Shown here in pieces: positions 38,097-51,892 of a stretch of DNA of 64,000 bases (position 1 is the first letter of the stretch; each line of letters opens with the position of its first letter). Source of the DNA: an uncultured Gammaproteobacteria bacterium (lineage in GTDB: Bacteria; Pseudomonadota; Gammaproteobacteria; JABCZS01); assembly GCA_963848305.1 (NCBI GenBank), contig CAWKDC010000003.1, forward strand, positions 128,001 to 192,000. Reading direction: 5' to 3'. Under the pieces are notes generated by a model, which was not told the DNA's origin, did not search any database, and saw nothing but the letters and a program-made list of their open reading frames with translations. A program made the translations under genes and the position numbers.

Positions 38097-40384
38097 ATTA
38101 GCGTTGCTGTTACTCTTGATGATGCGCTGGCCGGTGGCACTGTTGTATCGGGTTTATAAAAGAATAGCACAGGATTTAAAGTGTTGTTGTCATTGAGTTT
38201 TAAACTGCTGGTAGAGCGTGAAACGCTATTATTGCGAGAGGTTTTTTTATCAGAATCCGCTTCGGTGTTTTGGAGGGTGATCCATTGGTAGAAATCGCTC
38301 CCCCATTTTGATAGAATCTCACAGGTACTTCGACCACCGTGCCACATATTGAAAAGCTCCTTCATGGGTTTGTCTCTATTCTTAAGGATTCGTTCGCGTT
38401 CAGTGTTAATCACCAGATACATCAATCCAAAGAAAAGTCCCACGGCAGCGCCGACTATCATGCCCACATACATCCCATCAAGGTGTGGCATGTCCAGATC
38501 ATCCGTTTTATCAAAAAATCTGGGTAAGGTGAAACCCAGTGACAGGCCGCGCATCGCGAATTTCATGAAAGCACTGTATTCAAAAAACGCACCTAAAAAG
38601 GCCCAGCCGGGAGAAGTGTTTTGGTATGAGCTAGACTCTTTATCGACTAGACTGATCTCTTTAAGTTCATTTAAAAGTTTTTGTTCATTTTCTGTTAAGG
38701 GGATTTTGCCATTTAATTTAAGCGCGTCTGCTTTTATATGACATTGTTTAAGCACATGTTCTTCATCAGCTTCTCGATCGAGCTTCCATTTTTCTTCTCG
38801 CAACGAAAAGAACATATAAATCAAGTCGAGTGTCACGGCCAATAACACAAAAGCGCTGACGATGGCCATGTCTTGTTCGGGTGTCACATGATGATCGGTG
38901 ATGATGTCTGGATCATGCTGCTCTGCATCCTCTGACATGGTGAAAAAAGTGTAGAAAGTGAGAGGCCGTCGCCCAAGTGAGAAAAGAATGAGGAAGACAG
39001 GTAGCATTTTTAGGTAAATGAGGTGAGAAAAACCCCAGTTCAATGGATTTTGCATCCAGCGGTGTGAATGCATTTTTTCCGCAGGGACTGGGTTGCTATT
39101 CTCATGGTTCGCCTTTTTTTCAAGGTTCATGATCAGTGTGGATAACAGAACATCATGATGTTTGCTTTTGATCTTTCTCTTCTCTTTTTCGCATGTATCA
39201 ATAAAATCTTGTTTTTTAAATTCAAGCTGCGTTGCTCGAAGTGAAGCAAGCCATATTAAGAAGCAGGCTGCGCCGATCATGATCCCTACATGCTCATTAT
39301 CCAGGACGCTATCTCCACGCTTCGCTACAGTGATGGCATGAAGAATCAGCAGTACGCTCGCGAGCCTGAGCGGGATTTTAATGGCTTGAACAAATTCCAG
39401 AAAACGCATGGTTTCCAGGTCGAATGTGTGCGAGTAGGAAAAATTTTTCCTGGACACATTTTCAGACGCTTCTTCGATCAGCTCGATAATGTTGAGTATT
39501 TTTCCATCTTTATCTTTTTTTCCATGAATCGCAGCTTGTTCGTATCTTTTAATCAAATAATCTTTATCAATATCGGCTTGGATCAATAATTGATGTATGA
39601 AAATATCATTTTTAAGTGCCAATATAATTTTTTTATGATTAGCGTTATGCAATGTTTTAATTGCTTTGTCCTTGACATTGTTTAATATTGTTTTTGCTTC
39701 CTGTGTAGTCAGTCCTTTTGTTTTTAAATTTTCCTCTGTTTCCGGGAACGCTTTTTCTGCCTCGAGCGCTTCTTTGTATTCGTCATACCCATTATTCACT
39801 TTCCATTTATCTTTGTGTTCCATTTGTTTGAAAAATAACATGTCGGTGATGATAAAAAGGGTTGTTAAGACGGGGACAGCAATGATCAGCGACATTTCGA
39901 AAAATGATTCTTCCTCTCCAAAGAAATTGACGGAGGTCATGGTGATACGGCCAAATCCGCCGACCAAAATAATACAGGGGATGAGTTGGAGCGCGTGCAG
40001 GTATCCTAGATTTTTATCAGCCTTCTTCTTGTCTTCGTCACCAAAAAGGAGGGGGGATGAAGAGATAAGTGGTTGATGTTCGGTCACAGTACTGGGGATA
40101 CTGGATGAGCTGAGTATAATGGGTTGATTTTGAGTGTGGGCACTCCCGGTAGGGTATGTATCAATTATTGGAGAAATAGAGGCCGTAGCAGTAGTCGTAC
40201 CGGTTGAGCTTGATCTTGGGTGCTCAGGGTTGTTCACGAAAGATGTTCCTTCCAGGCTGCGAGGGGAACTCCTTATGTCGCCATCATTATAGTCTTTGAT
40301 TGGAACGATTGTGTTGCTGAGTTGGTTAGTATTGACGGGAGGGGTTTTTTTACGGACCGGCAGTGAATTCATCGGGGGATCCAC
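38093..40384 (-). CDS. Orphan polytopic membrane protein with internal duplication (candidate effector)
   Basis: 763-aa ORF; S/T/P-rich N-terminus; ~8 hydrophobic segments in two similar halves; stop overlaps the xseA ATG. Confidence 0.7.
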   Translation of the reverse strand: MDPPMNSLPVRKKTPPVNTNQLSNTIVPIKDYNDGDIRSSPRSLEGTSFVNNPEHPRSSSTGTTTATASISPIIDTYPTGSAHTQNQPIILSSSSIPSTVTEHQPLISSSPLLFGDEDKKKADKNLGYLHALQLIPCIILVGGFGRITMTSVNFFGEEESFFEMSLIIAVPVLTTLFIITDMLFFKQMEHKDKWKVNNGYDEYKEALEAEKAFPETEENLKTKGLTTQEAKTILNNVKDKAIKTLHNANHKKIILALKNDIFIHQLLIQADIDKDYLIKRYEQAAIHGKKDKDGKILNIIELIEEASENVSRKNFSYSHTFDLETMRFLEFVQAIKIPLRLASVLLILHAITVAKRGDSVLDNEHVGIMIGAACFLIWLASLRATQLEFKKQDFIDTCEKEKRKIKSKHHDVLLSTLIMNLEKKANHENSNPVPAEKMHSHRWMQNPLNWGFSHLIYLKMLPVFLILFSLGRRPLTFYTFFTMSEDAEQHDPDIITDHHVTPEQDMAIVSAFVLLAVTLDLIYMFFSLREEKWKLDREADEEHVLKQCHIKADALKLNGKIPLTENEQKLLNELKEISLVDKESSSYQNTSPGWAFLGAFFEYSAFMKFAMRGLSLGFTLPRFFDKTDDLDMPHLDGMYVGMIVGAAVGLFFGLMYLVINTERERILKNRDKPMKELFNMWHGGRSTCEILSKWGSDFYQWITLQNTEADSDKKTSRNNSVSRSTSSLKLNDNNTLNPVLFFYKPDTTVPPASASSRVTATLI

Positions 40385-40484
40385 CCGATTGAGTATTTTT
40401 TAGCGTCTCTTCCGTTGCCACAAACATAAAATGGGAATCCAAGACTGATTGCGGGCATTCTAACAAAAGTTTGACAATTAGTAA

Positions 40485-42032
<1,548 letters not shown>

Positions 42033-42038
42033 TTGTTC

Positions 42039-43597
42039 ATGTCCAAACTTGATCTCCACCGCGACAATATCCTGATTTTGGATTTTGGCTCGCAGTATAC
42101 CCAACTTATCGCCCGTCGCATTCGTGATATGGGTGTGTTCAGTGAAATCGAACCGTATGATTGCAGCGAAGCCGAGATCCTGGCGCTGAAACCCAAAGGC
42201 ATTATTTTGTCAGGCGGTCCTGAATCTGTGACGGAAATGGGTTCTCCCAAAGCCCCTGACATTGTGTTCAAACTCGGTATCCCTGTGCTGGGTATTTGCT
42301 ACGGCATGCAAACCATGGTCCAACAATGTGGCGGGCAGGTGGGGAGTGTGGCGCATCGCGAATTTGGATCCGCCATGGTTGACATATTGGCGCCGCATCC
42401 TGTGTTCGCAGGGTTAAGTGAAGCGGTGATTGATGTGTGGATGAGCCACGGAGACAGCGTGGTCGAGATGCCGCCTGATTTTTTTGTACTGGCATCCACC
42501 CTTGCGTGCCCGATTGTCGCGGTGGCGCATCGCACGAAACCGTGGGTGGGCGTACAATTTCATCCTGAAGTCAGCCACACGCCGCAAGGGGAGCAAATGC
42601 TGCAACAATTTGTGTTGCAGATGTGTCAATGTGAAGCATTGTGGCGTCCTGATGCGATTATCGATGCAGCTGTGTCACATGTTCGCGAATTGGTAGGGCA
42701 AGATAAGGTTATTTTAGCGTTATCAGGTGGGGTGGATTCCTCTGTCGTCGCTGCATTATTGCATAAAGCAATCGGTGCACAACTAACGTGTGTGTTTGTC
42801 GATACAGGTTTATTGCGATTGCACGAGAGCGATGAAGTGATGCGTGTGATGCAAGCACATTTTGGGATCAATATCATTCGTGTCTCCGCACAACAGCGTT
42901 TTTTTGATGCATTAAAAGGATTGAGCGATCCTGAAGCCAAACGTAAAGCGATCGGTGCATTATTCATCACCATTTTTGAAGAAGAAGCTGCAAAAATCAA
43001 GGATGCAAAATGGTTAGCGCAAGGCACGATTTATCCGGATGTGGTGGAATCTGCTAAAACCGTTCATGGCAAAGCCCACGTGATCAAATCACACCATAAT
43101 GTCGGCGGTCTGCCTGAGAATATGTCATTAAAATTGATTGAACCATTGCGCGAATTATTCAAAGATGAAGTGCGTCGATTGGGGGTGACATTGGGGTTGC
43201 CACATGAGCGCGTATATTGTCATCCATTTCCTGGCCCGGGTTAGCGGTGCGTGTATTGGGAGAAGTCACCCCAGCAGCAGTGGCAATATTGCAAAAAGCC
43301 GATGCGATTTTCATGGAAGAACTTCGTTTACAGGGTTGGTATGATAAAACGGCACAGGCATTTGCAGTGTATATTCCTCAAAAATCTGTCGCTGTGATGG
43401 GCGATGCGCGTGTTTACGCGGACGTGATCGCATTGCGTGCAGTAGAAAGCATCGATTTCATGACCGCGCATTGGGCACGTTTGCCGTATGATTTATTGGA
43501 TCGCGTATCAAGCCGTATTGTCAATGAAGTGAAAGGCATTTCACGCGTCACGTATGATATCAGCAGCAAACCACCCGCGACGATTGAGTGGGAGTGA
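42039..43597 (+). CDS. guaA: GMP synthase (glutamine-hydrolysing), 1-nt frameshift near 43238
   Basis: [40 protein letters not shown] continuing in the next frame as LAVR...KPPATIEWE. Confidence 0.95.
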
Positions 43598-43627
43598 ATA
43601 TTGGATAAAAATGAACAGGCCCTTTTC

Positions 43628-43649
43628 GTAGGGGCGGATACTTCCGCCC
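43628..43649 (+). repeat. GTAG-family REP
   Basis: GTAGGGGCGGATACTTCCGCCC hairpin. Confidence 0.7.
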
Positions 43650-43674
43650 ACGGATGGCGGCGACAGGGGAATCA

Positions 43675-44121
43675 ATGAATTCATTTCAATACATGCAGCT
43701 CGCCCTTGATCAAGCCCGCATCGGCGCAGCGCGCGGCGAAGTACCTGTTGGCGCTGTGATTGTCAGTAATGATGTTGTGATTGCTAAGGCACATAATACG
43801 CCGATTGGATTGAACGATCCTTGTGCACATGCTGAAATCCTTGCCCTACGCGAAGCAGGACGTGTCCAAGAAAATTATCGATTAAATAATGCCGTGATTT
43901 ATGTCACACTGGAACCTTGTCCTATGTGTGTGTACGCCATGATACATGCACGCATATCGCGTTGTGTATTTGCCACGTCCGATCCAAAAACAGGTGCAAT
44001 GGGCGGCGCAATCGATTTATGCAAACTTCATCCCTGGAACCATACACTTCAAGTCGAGAGCGGTGTGTGTGCAGAAGAAAGTGCGGCGATGTTGAAACAG
44101 TTCTTTAAAGATAAAAGATAA
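43675..44121 (+). CDS. tadA: tRNA adenosine(34) deaminase
   Basis: GEVPVGAV, HAEI, TLEPCPMC, DPKTGA. Confidence 0.93.
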   Translation: MNSFQYMQLALDQARIGAARGEVPVGAVIVSNDVVIAKAHNTPIGLNDPCAHAEILALREAGRVQENYRLNNAVIYVTLEPCPMCVYAMIHARISRCVFATSDPKTGAMGGAIDLCKLHPWNHTLQVESGVCAEESAAMLKQFFKDKR

Positions 44122-44125
44122 TACT

Positions 44126-44151
44126 GTGGGGGCGCATATTTGCGCCCCTAC
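44126..44151 (-). repeat. GTAG-family REP providing the aroC stop codon
   Basis: Minus strand GTAGGGGCGCAAATATGCGCCCCCAC. Confidence 0.75.
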
Positions 44152-45215
44152 CTTCTCAAGAGATGATCGATCACCACCAATGCAGCCATTGCATCCACAA
44201 TTGGCACGGCGCGAGGTAATACGCAAGCGTCATGTCGTCCCGTCGCTTCCAACGATACTGATTCATGATCTTTATTCACTGTATTTTGCTTTTTACCGAT
44301 CGTTGCAACCGGTTTGAATGCAACACGAAAATAAATATCTTCTCCTGTTGAAATGCCACCCAGTACGCCGCCTGCATCATTTTTTGCTGTGCGTATTTGA
44401 TTGTCAGACAAAATGAATGGATCATTGTGTTCACTGCCGCGCAGGGTGATCGCAGCAAAACCAGCGCCAATATCAAATCCTTTCACCGCATTGATGCTGA
44501 GCATGGCCTTGCCTAAATCCGCGTGTAGCTTATCAAAAACAGGTTCTCCCAATCCCACGGGTACGTTTCTGATCACGCCACGAATAATGCCGCCAATGGA
44601 ATCACCTTCAGTTTGCATTTGCTCAATGAGTGCAATCATTTTTTCAGCAGCAGATTGATCAGGGCAACGCACAATATTGCTTTCAATCATCTCCGGTGAA
44701 ACGTCCGTGTGTAACATACCTGTTTTAATCGAACCAATTTGTTCAACGTAACTTAAAATCTCAATGTCATGATACAAGGATAAATATTGCTGTGCTATGG
44801 CACCTGCGGCAACACGTGCTAATGTTTCACGTGCGCTGGCTCGACCACTGCCCCGAAAATCGCGCACACCATATTTCTGTTGATAGGTAAAATCTGCGTG
44901 TGAAGGTCTGAAAACATCCTTGAGATGATCATAATCTTCTGGTCGCATGTCCTGATTGTAAGCAAGCATTAAAATCGGTGTGCCAGTGGTTTTTCCTTCA
45001 AATACGCCAGATAAAATATGGATCTCATCTTTCTCATCTCGGGGAGATGTGATATGACTTTGTCCAGGTCTTCGCCTATCGAGTGCTTTTTGAATATCCG
45101 ATTGAGTGATAGTCAATCCCGCAGGGCAGCCATCGACAATGACGCCTACCGCACCGCCGTGAGATTCACCGCAAGTCGTGATGCGAAACATTTTTCCAAA
45201 ACTATTACCTGGCAT
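44148..45215 (-). CDS. aroC: Chorismate synthase
   Basis: GESHG, RPSHAD, RASARET, GGISTG, GRHDAC. Confidence 0.96.
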   Translation of the reverse strand: MPGNSFGKMFRITTCGESHGGAVGVIVDGCPAGLTITQSDIQKALDRRRPGQSHITSPRDEKDEIHILSGVFEGKTTGTPILMLAYNQDMRPEDYDHLKDVFRPSHADFTYQQKYGVRDFRGSGRASARETLARVAAGAIAQQYLSLYHDIEILSYVEQIGSIKTGMLHTDVSPEMIESNIVRCPDQSAAEKMIALIEQMQTEGDSIGGIIRGVIRNVPVGLGEPVFDKLHADLGKAMLSINAVKGFDIGAGFAAITLRGSEHNDPFILSDNQIRTAKNDAGGVLGGISTGEDIYFRVAFKPVATIGKKQNTVNKDHESVSLEATGRHDACVLPRAVPIVDAMAALVVIDHLLRR

Positions 45216-46311
45216 ATTGAACCCCATTGCTAACAGATTGAAGGGCTAGCAAAACTTCAGCATCACTGACAGGATGTGTATATTGACCATTGTCAATATA
45301 CACGTCGCCAATGCCGTTCAGTAAAATATAGTGTGCAGATGATTTAATTGATTTTTTATCATTACGCGTGGCAAAAAGAATGTCATTGGGGGAAAACTTA
45401 TTGAGAAAGTGTCCATCGATACCAAGTGCATCCAATGCGAATGCAATACGATGATAATCTTTTAAAGAGATACTTGCTCTTTGCAAGGCAATGTGCGATT
45501 CAACCAATATGCCATAGCCGACAGCATGACCATGCATTATCTTGTAATCAGTGATCAGTTCAATGGCATGACCAATGGTATGCCCAAAATTCAGAATTGC
45601 ACGTATATTACGATCCTCAGGATCTCGTTGTACGATGGTTGATTTGAGGGCAACAGCTTTTTGAATAAAATCGTGTGGATAATCAACTGGTTGTAGAGCC
45701 TTTTCAAATGATGCATAATCACATATTAAAAAAATCTTGAGTACTTCAATCCATCCGCTGTTAATGTGCTCTTTTGGTAATGTGCTGAGGCAATCTAAAT
45801 CAGCAATGACACAACGGGGATGCCAAAAAGAACCAATCAAATTTTTGCCATGTGTTGTGTTAATGGCTGTTTTTCCGCCAATGCTGCTGTCAACCATGGC
45901 CATTAAAGAAGTAGGTGCTTGAATATAAGGAATGCCACGCATATAGGTTGAGGCAGTAAAACCAACAAGATCGCCAATCACGCCACCGCCCAATGCAATC
46001 AAGCAAGTATCACGTCCAAGTTCTTTACTGAACAGTGCGTATTCGATGGCTTGTTTTCCGCTGATTGATTTTGTTTCTTCTCCCGCCGGTAACGTTACAA
46101 GGCTGACAGAACGAAAGTATTGACTGAGCAACTGTTGAAGAGGTTCTCCATATTGTTTCTGCAAATGTTCATCCGTCACAATCACAAAGGCGTGTTGATG
46201 CAAATTTTCTGGGATATACATCTGAAATTTCTTTAAAAGTCCACGCCCGATCATCACCTGATATTGCTGTTCAGGAACATGAGGAATCTTAATTTTAACA
46301 ATTTTTTTCAT
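45205..46311 (-). CDS. aroB: 3-dehydroquinate synthase
   Basis: [44 protein letters not shown]. Confidence 0.95.
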   Translation of the reverse strand: MKKIVKIKIPHVPEQQYQVMIGRGLLKKFQMYIPENLHQHAFVIVTDEHLQKQYGEPLQQLLSQYFRSVSLVTLPAGEETKSISGKQAIEYALFSKELGRDTCLIALGGGVIGDLVGFTASTYMRGIPYIQAPTSLMAMVDSSIGGKTAINTTHGKNLIGSFWHPRCVIADLDCLSTLPKEHINSGWIEVLKIFLICDYASFEKALQPVDYPHDFIQKAVALKSTIVQRDPEDRNIRAILNFGHTIGHAIELITDYKIMHGHAVGYGILVESHIALQRASISLKDYHRIAFALDALGIDGHFLNKFSPNDILFATRNDKKSIKSSAHYILLNGIGDVYIDNGQYTHPVSDAEVLLALQSVSNGVQYAR

Positions 46312-47346
46312 TTTCTTAATCTCTCTGCCATCGTTTTCAATAATATTTCAGTTTGGTTCCAATCCATGCACGGATCTGTGATCGATAATCCGTTCAAATC
46401 AATTCGACCAGAATGATCTATTTTTTGATTCCCTGCCTTGATAAAACTTTCCAGCATAAAACCTTTTACTAATTTTTTGATGCCAGAATCTTTCTTTATG
46501 GCATCTAAGGTTTCTAAAATAACATATGATTGTCGACGGTGATCTTTCTTACCTTGATAAAAGCAATTGTCGTGACTGGCATCAATGATGATGGCTGGGT
46601 TTTTGACATCAGACAACGTGAGACTTTCTTGTGCAGATCTGAGATGTTCAGCACTATAATTGGGTATTTTATTGCTGCCTCTCAGGACGAGATGTGCAAA
46701 CAGATTTCCATGTGTTTTAATAAGCTGATGATCAATGACGGCAACATGTGAGTGTTGTGCAGAAACCACGCTGTTAACCCCGATTTCAATCGATCCCTGT
46801 GTAGGATTTTTTAATCCGACAGCATAATTCATGCCAGATGCCAATATTCGATGCTCTTGATTTTCAGTGCTGCGCGCACCAATTGCCATCCAAGAGAGCA
46901 ATTCTGTCAATGATTGAGCATAATGTGTGAAGACGGTTTCGCCTCCAATGGGCAAGCCTATGTTGATCACATCTATCATCATTTGACGGGCGTAGATTAA
47001 TCCTTGTTCAATATCCGCATCTTGAAAAGGGTCAGGTTGATTGACAGGGCCGAGCCAGCCTCTTGCTGTACGTGATTTTTGAACATATACACGCATGATG
47101 ATCTTCATAACATCAGCGTATTCCAGATTTAATGCTTGTAGCTTTTCTGCGTAATTTATGACAGCCTGTTTTGGCCATGCAGAGCACGGGCACTACAATC
47201 ATGATCATGCGCTCATCTTCGCCTGATAAAATACGTTTGATGTCTTCGCGATCTTGATTAATTTTAATGCGGTTATGCTCAGTCAAAGGTATGGCATTCA
47301 TGAGAGATTGGATATCTGGGAGATCTTTAATCACAGTGTAATTCAT
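46308..47346 (-). CDS. Class I DAHP synthase (AroF/G/H family), 1-nt frameshift near 47193
   Basis: Removing one T restores IVGPCS; MRVY..K.RT..GW, IGARSTE, DASH.N, SITDPC. Confidence 0.88.
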
Positions 47347-48161
47347 GATGTTTGATCCAATATGGCGTAACACTGCTTGAACAGATCCTCAGTATCGATT
47401 GTGTGGTCACATAATAGACTCACCTGTTTTATTCCTTGGAAAATGAACATGTCTAATCCCGATATACAGTAAGCGCCAGATGATCTGGCTTCTGTCAATA
47501 GACGTGTTTCTTTTGGTGTATAAATTAAGTCGATGACGGTGTGATATGGTTTAAATTGAAAGTCCGTCAGCGGCGTTTCACTGATATTTGGATACATGCC
47601 GACAGGTGTTGTATTGATGATGATATCGATCGGTATATTGTTTAATGCTGAATCATGAAGGATTTTACCTCCCCATTGAGAAGATAATGCCTCAGCATGT
47701 GAGATTGTCTTATTCATCCAAAATAAATGGCATTGAGAGTCACGGAGCGCATAACCGACTGCACGGGCTGAACCGCCAGCGCCAATAATCAATACATTTT
47801 TTGATTTGAGATTAACCTTTCTCAAGGCATACATGATTCCATCGACATCTGTATTTTCAGCATGTACGTGACCATTTCTCAAGAGTAATGTATTGGCTGC
47901 TCTTAGGGATGTCACTGCGTCACTTTGTGAGTCCACAAATGTCAGGATGTCCGTCTTAAATGGCAAGGTGATGGCCGTGAGCTTAACAGATAATGTCTTG
48001 ATCGCGTTGATAAGATCCGGCAATGCAGGATTTTCTATGGCCAACATGACTGCATTGATGTCTAGCAGATTATAAAGTATTTGATGTAATCTTGGGCTGA
48101 AGCTGTGCTTGACAGGATTTCCAATCACGAGATGAAGTGTTGTATGCGAATCAATGTTCAT
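47343..48161 (-). CDS. aroE: Shikimate dehydrogenase
   Basis: GNPVKHSFSP, TLPFK, NTD, GAGGSARA, NTTPVGM, DLIY.P..T. Confidence 0.93.
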   Translation of the reverse strand: MNIDSHTTLHLVIGNPVKHSFSPRLHQILYNLLDINAVMLAIENPALPDLINAIKTLSVKLTAITLPFKTDILTFVDSQSDAVTSLRAANTLLLRNGHVHAENTDVDGIMYALRKVNLKSKNVLIIGAGGSARAVGYALRDSQCHLFWMNKTISHAEALSSQWGGKILHDSALNNIPIDIIINTTPVGMYPNISETPLTDFQFKPYHTVIDLIYTPKETRLLTEARSSGAYCISGLDMFIFQGIKQVSLLCDHTIDTEDLFKQCYAILDQTS

Positions 48162-48604
48162 GTGACAAATACTCCGTTAGATAATCTATCGCTTCGATAT
48201 ATCCTTTTTCCTTTTTACCGATGATACTGTGAATGCAAACGGGTTTGATAACAGAATGAGCGCGCCACGGTTCGCGAGAATGAATGTCAGAAAGATGCAC
48301 TTCGATGGTCGGAAGTTTGCAGTCAGCAATGGCATCGTGCAAGGCATACGAATAGTGCGTCAGAGCTCCTGCGTTAATGATCATCGCGTGTGCTTTTTTC
48401 GACTCAGATTGAATAAGGTCAATGATATTGCCCTCGTGATTTGATTGAAAACAAACCACGCTAAAACTTTTATACGCTGCATAAGATTTGACTTGATTTT
48501 CAATTTTTTCTAAGGTGAGCTCGCCATAATGTTCTCGTTGGCGCTGCCCTAAAAGATTAAGGTTAAGGGCCATGTATCATGAGAATTATTTTTGAATTAT
48601 CCAT
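48151..48604 (-). CDS. aroQ: Type II 3-dehydroquinate dehydratase, 1-nt frameshift near 48563
   Basis: Removing one T restores IHGPNLNLLG; QSNHEG, INAGALTHYS, EVHLS. Confidence 0.92.
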
Positions 48605-49891
48605 GATGCCACTCCAGTGCTGCGCCCAATGTTTTCATGTCATTCACAAATGACGGAAATGTTTTTTGGATAGCCTGGGCATCGTGTATCGTGCTTTGCC
48701 CTTTCGCGCGCATGCCTGCCAGTGTCATTGCCATCACAGTACGATGATCGCCATACCCATTGATATTTGCAGATCTTAATAGGGACGTATGAATGGTCAT
48801 GCCATCTGATCGTTCTTCAATGTGAGCGCCCATTTTACTCAAACCTTCTGTCATCGAACGAATGCGATCAGTTTCTTTCAAACGCGTTTGCGAGGCATTG
48901 TAGAGCTCGGTTGTTCCATTCGCATAAGTGCCGAGCACGGCGAGCGTCGGCAATAAATCTGGCACATGTTGAACATCGATTGAAATACCGTGCAGTGGTT
49001 TTCCACCATTGATCATGATGCAATGATCATCAACAGCAATGTCAGCGCCCATTTGTTGAGCGATCTTGATCAGTGCTTTGTCGCCTTGTGAATCATGCAT
49101 GTTGAGCCCGTTGATACTGATTTTTCCGGGAAACATTAACCCTGCGGCAATAACATACGAAGCGCTGGAAAAATCTCCCGGCAATGTGTGCTCGAATGTG
49201 TGATACGCTTGATTGGGTTCGATATGGAATATGTCACTGTCAAGATGAAAGTCGTGCGAATAAGTTATGTTTTGTCTGTCCAAAAATGTTTTGGTGATAT
49301 TGATATAAGGACGCGACACCACGTTTTTTACGCGAATCTCGCTGGCTTTTGGCGCGAGAGGCAAAGCAATTAACAATGCAGAGATGTATTGAGAAATAGG
49401 CTCGTCAATCACAACACTTCCGCCGCGTAATTGTCCAGAGATTTTCATCGGAAATGAATCGGGTTTATCAAGGCACGTGATCGTCATCCCCAGTTGTCGT
49501 AATGCATGTATGAATCCAGCAATAGGACGTGCGCGCATTTGTTCAGTGCAATCCACTTGGATCGGTGTCTCGGTAGGTTGTCGTAATCCCAGTAATGGCA
49601 AAAGAAAACGCGTGGTGATGCCAGAATGACCGGTATGAATATTTGCTGACGAATGGATAAACGCAGTTCCCTGGCCTGTGACGTTCACAACAGTACCCTC
49701 TCGATGGAATTTGGCTCCTAAAGCCTCGCAGCTTCTGATCGCATCTGCCACATCATCGCTGTCAGGCACATTATGAATTTTGCTGGTTCCCTTGCTTATT
49801 GCGGCGATGAACAGCGGATGGCTTCAGATTTAGACCCTGGTGGGGTGAAAGTACCGTTTAATTCAGACGTGGTTTTTGTGGTGATGTACAT
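48597..49891 (-). CDS. aroA: EPSP synthase, frameshift near 49812
   Basis: N-terminal PPGSKS..IR in the 49796..50182 frame, then SG.TTRF, RP, SQYISALL, D.SSASY, KETDR, DHR, FP.F. Confidence 0.92.
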
Positions 49892-49967
49892 ATACCTCTC
49901 GTATCTGAAGATGCGAATCCTGGCTGCTTTGTGCAGACCCCTCGCATCCCCAAGTACGAGAGGTACA
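49891..49967. mobile_element. ERIC-like MITE, short internally deleted copy
   Basis: TATACCTCTCGTATCTGAAGATGCGAATCCTGGCTGC...CCTCGCATCCCCAAGTACGAGAGGTACA matches both ends of the 33539..33720 element. Confidence 0.8.
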
Positions 49968-50141
49968 GCCACACCTTTTATCATTGATTTAACGGGCCTG
50001 TCAACTGGAGCTTTTTTTGAAGCGGTGGTATGATGGCAATCGTTCTCGGTTTTTGTAGGGGTCCAGCATGCTGGAACCTTGGTGTGTAATATCCTTGAAC
50101 GATTAAGTACGATGTCCCTGCCCATATCCGGAGTCAACACC

Positions 50142-51313
50142 ATGATCATTGAGCCTAAAATCCGCGGTTTTATTTGTACCACCGCTCATCCAGTAGGATG
50201 TGCTGCCAGTGTGCAGGCACAAATTGATTATGTGGAATCTCGGGGCCCATCACAGGCCCGAAAAACGTGTTGGTGTTGGGAGGCTCTACGGGGTATGGTT
50301 TGGCCTCACGCATCGTATTTGCATTCGGTGCAGGCGCGAATACCTTGAATGTGTCATACGAAAAAGAACCAACCGACAAAAAAACGGCTTCACCTGGTTG
50401 GTACAATACCCGTGCATTTGAACGCATCGCGCATGAAAAAGGATTGTATGCGGCTTCGTTGAATGGCGATGCATTCAGCCAGGCGATCAAAGATGAGGTG
50501 ATTAGCCTCATCAAGCAAAACATGGGCAAAGTGGATTTAGTGGTTTACAGTTTGGCATCCCCACGGCGTATTCATCCCATCACCGGCGAAGTATTCAATT
50601 CCGTCTTAAAAACCATCGGTCAGCCTTACACGACTAAAACAGTGGATCCTTTTAAAGGTGAAGTGAAAGATGTGTTGATTGAGCCTGCATCAGAAGATGA
50701 AATCCGACAAACAATCGCAGTGATGGGCGGCGAAGACTGGACAATGTGGATGGAAGCTTTACTCAATGCGGGGGTTTTATCGGATCATTGCAAGACTGTG
50801 GCTTATTCTTATGTCGGTCTTACTATTACCTATCCTGTTTACAAAGAGGGGACGATTGGCCGAGCGAAAGACGATTTGCATCAGACGGCCAAGTCACTCA
50901 ATCAATTATTGGCACCTGTTCACGGTGAAGCAGTGATTGCTGTCAATAAAGCGATTGTGACCCAAGCATCTGCTGCCATTCCTGTTGTGCCGCTTTATAT
51001 TTCATTGTTGTATAAAGTGATGAAGGCGAGGGGAAATCATGAAGGCGCGATTGAGCAAATGGTGCGTTTATACCATGATAAATTTTATGTGAACGGTTTT
51101 GATAAGGATGAGCACGGGTATATTCGTATGGATGATTGGGAATTGGCTCCAGATATTCAAGAGGCCGTGCTGAAGATGTGGCCATCCATCACGACTGAAA
51201 ATCTTGAATCAATGAGCGACATTGCGGGTTACCGTGAAGATTTTGAAAAATTATTCGGCTTTCATCTGCCTGGTGTTGATTATGCTGCTGATGTGTCTCC
51301 GCTGGATATTTAA
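50142..51313 (+). CDS. fabV: Enoyl-ACP reductase FabV, 1-nt frameshift near 50247
   Basis: [20 protein letters not shown], then [44 protein letters not shown]. Confidence 0.93.
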
Positions 51314-51316
51314 ATT

Positions 51317-51892
51317 GTGATATTGTTGATCGATAATTACGATAGTTTTACCTACAATCTCTATCATATGTTGTTATCGCATCGAACAGATGTTCACGTG
51401 GTTCGACATGATAGGGTGGATATCAATGACATCACGTTATTAAATCCTGAGGCCATCATTTTATCGCCCGGCCCGGGTCATCCCAAAGATGCTGGGATTT
51501 GTGTTGAACTCATTCAGCATTTTTCTGGGAAAATCCCGATACTGGGTGTTTGTTTGGGGCACCAAGCGATTGTACATGCGCTGGGGGGTGATATCATTTC
51601 CACAGGGAAATTGGTGCACGGAAAGGCCAGTCTTGTTTATCATGATCAGCAAGGTATTTTCGCAAACATGTCCATGCCTTTTCAAGCGGGGCGTTACCAT
51701 TCTTTGATGGCAGATCCTGATACATTACCTGATGTTTTGCGCATCACTGCGTACAGTGAACCGAACACCATCATGGCTGTGCAGCACCTGGAGCATCCGA
51801 CTTTTGGTGTGCAATTTCATCCAGAATCAATATTGACGCAGGGAGGGGGTATTTTGATCGCGACATGGATAAAAATGTTATCGCAATTTTAA
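51317..51892 (+). CDS. Aminodeoxychorismate/anthranilate synthase glutamine amidotransferase subunit (PabA/TrpG)
   Basis: IDNYDSFTYNL, SPGPG, GVCLGHQ, RYHSL, QFHPES. Confidence 0.93.
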   Translation: MILLIDNYDSFTYNLYHMLLSHRTDVHVVRHDRVDINDITLLNPEAIILSPGPGHPKDAGICVELIQHFSGKIPILGVCLGHQAIVHALGGDIISTGKLVHGKASLVYHDQQGIFANMSMPFQAGRYHSLMADPDTLPDVLRITAYSEPNTIMAVQHLEHPTFGVQFHPESILTQGGGILIATWIKMLSQF

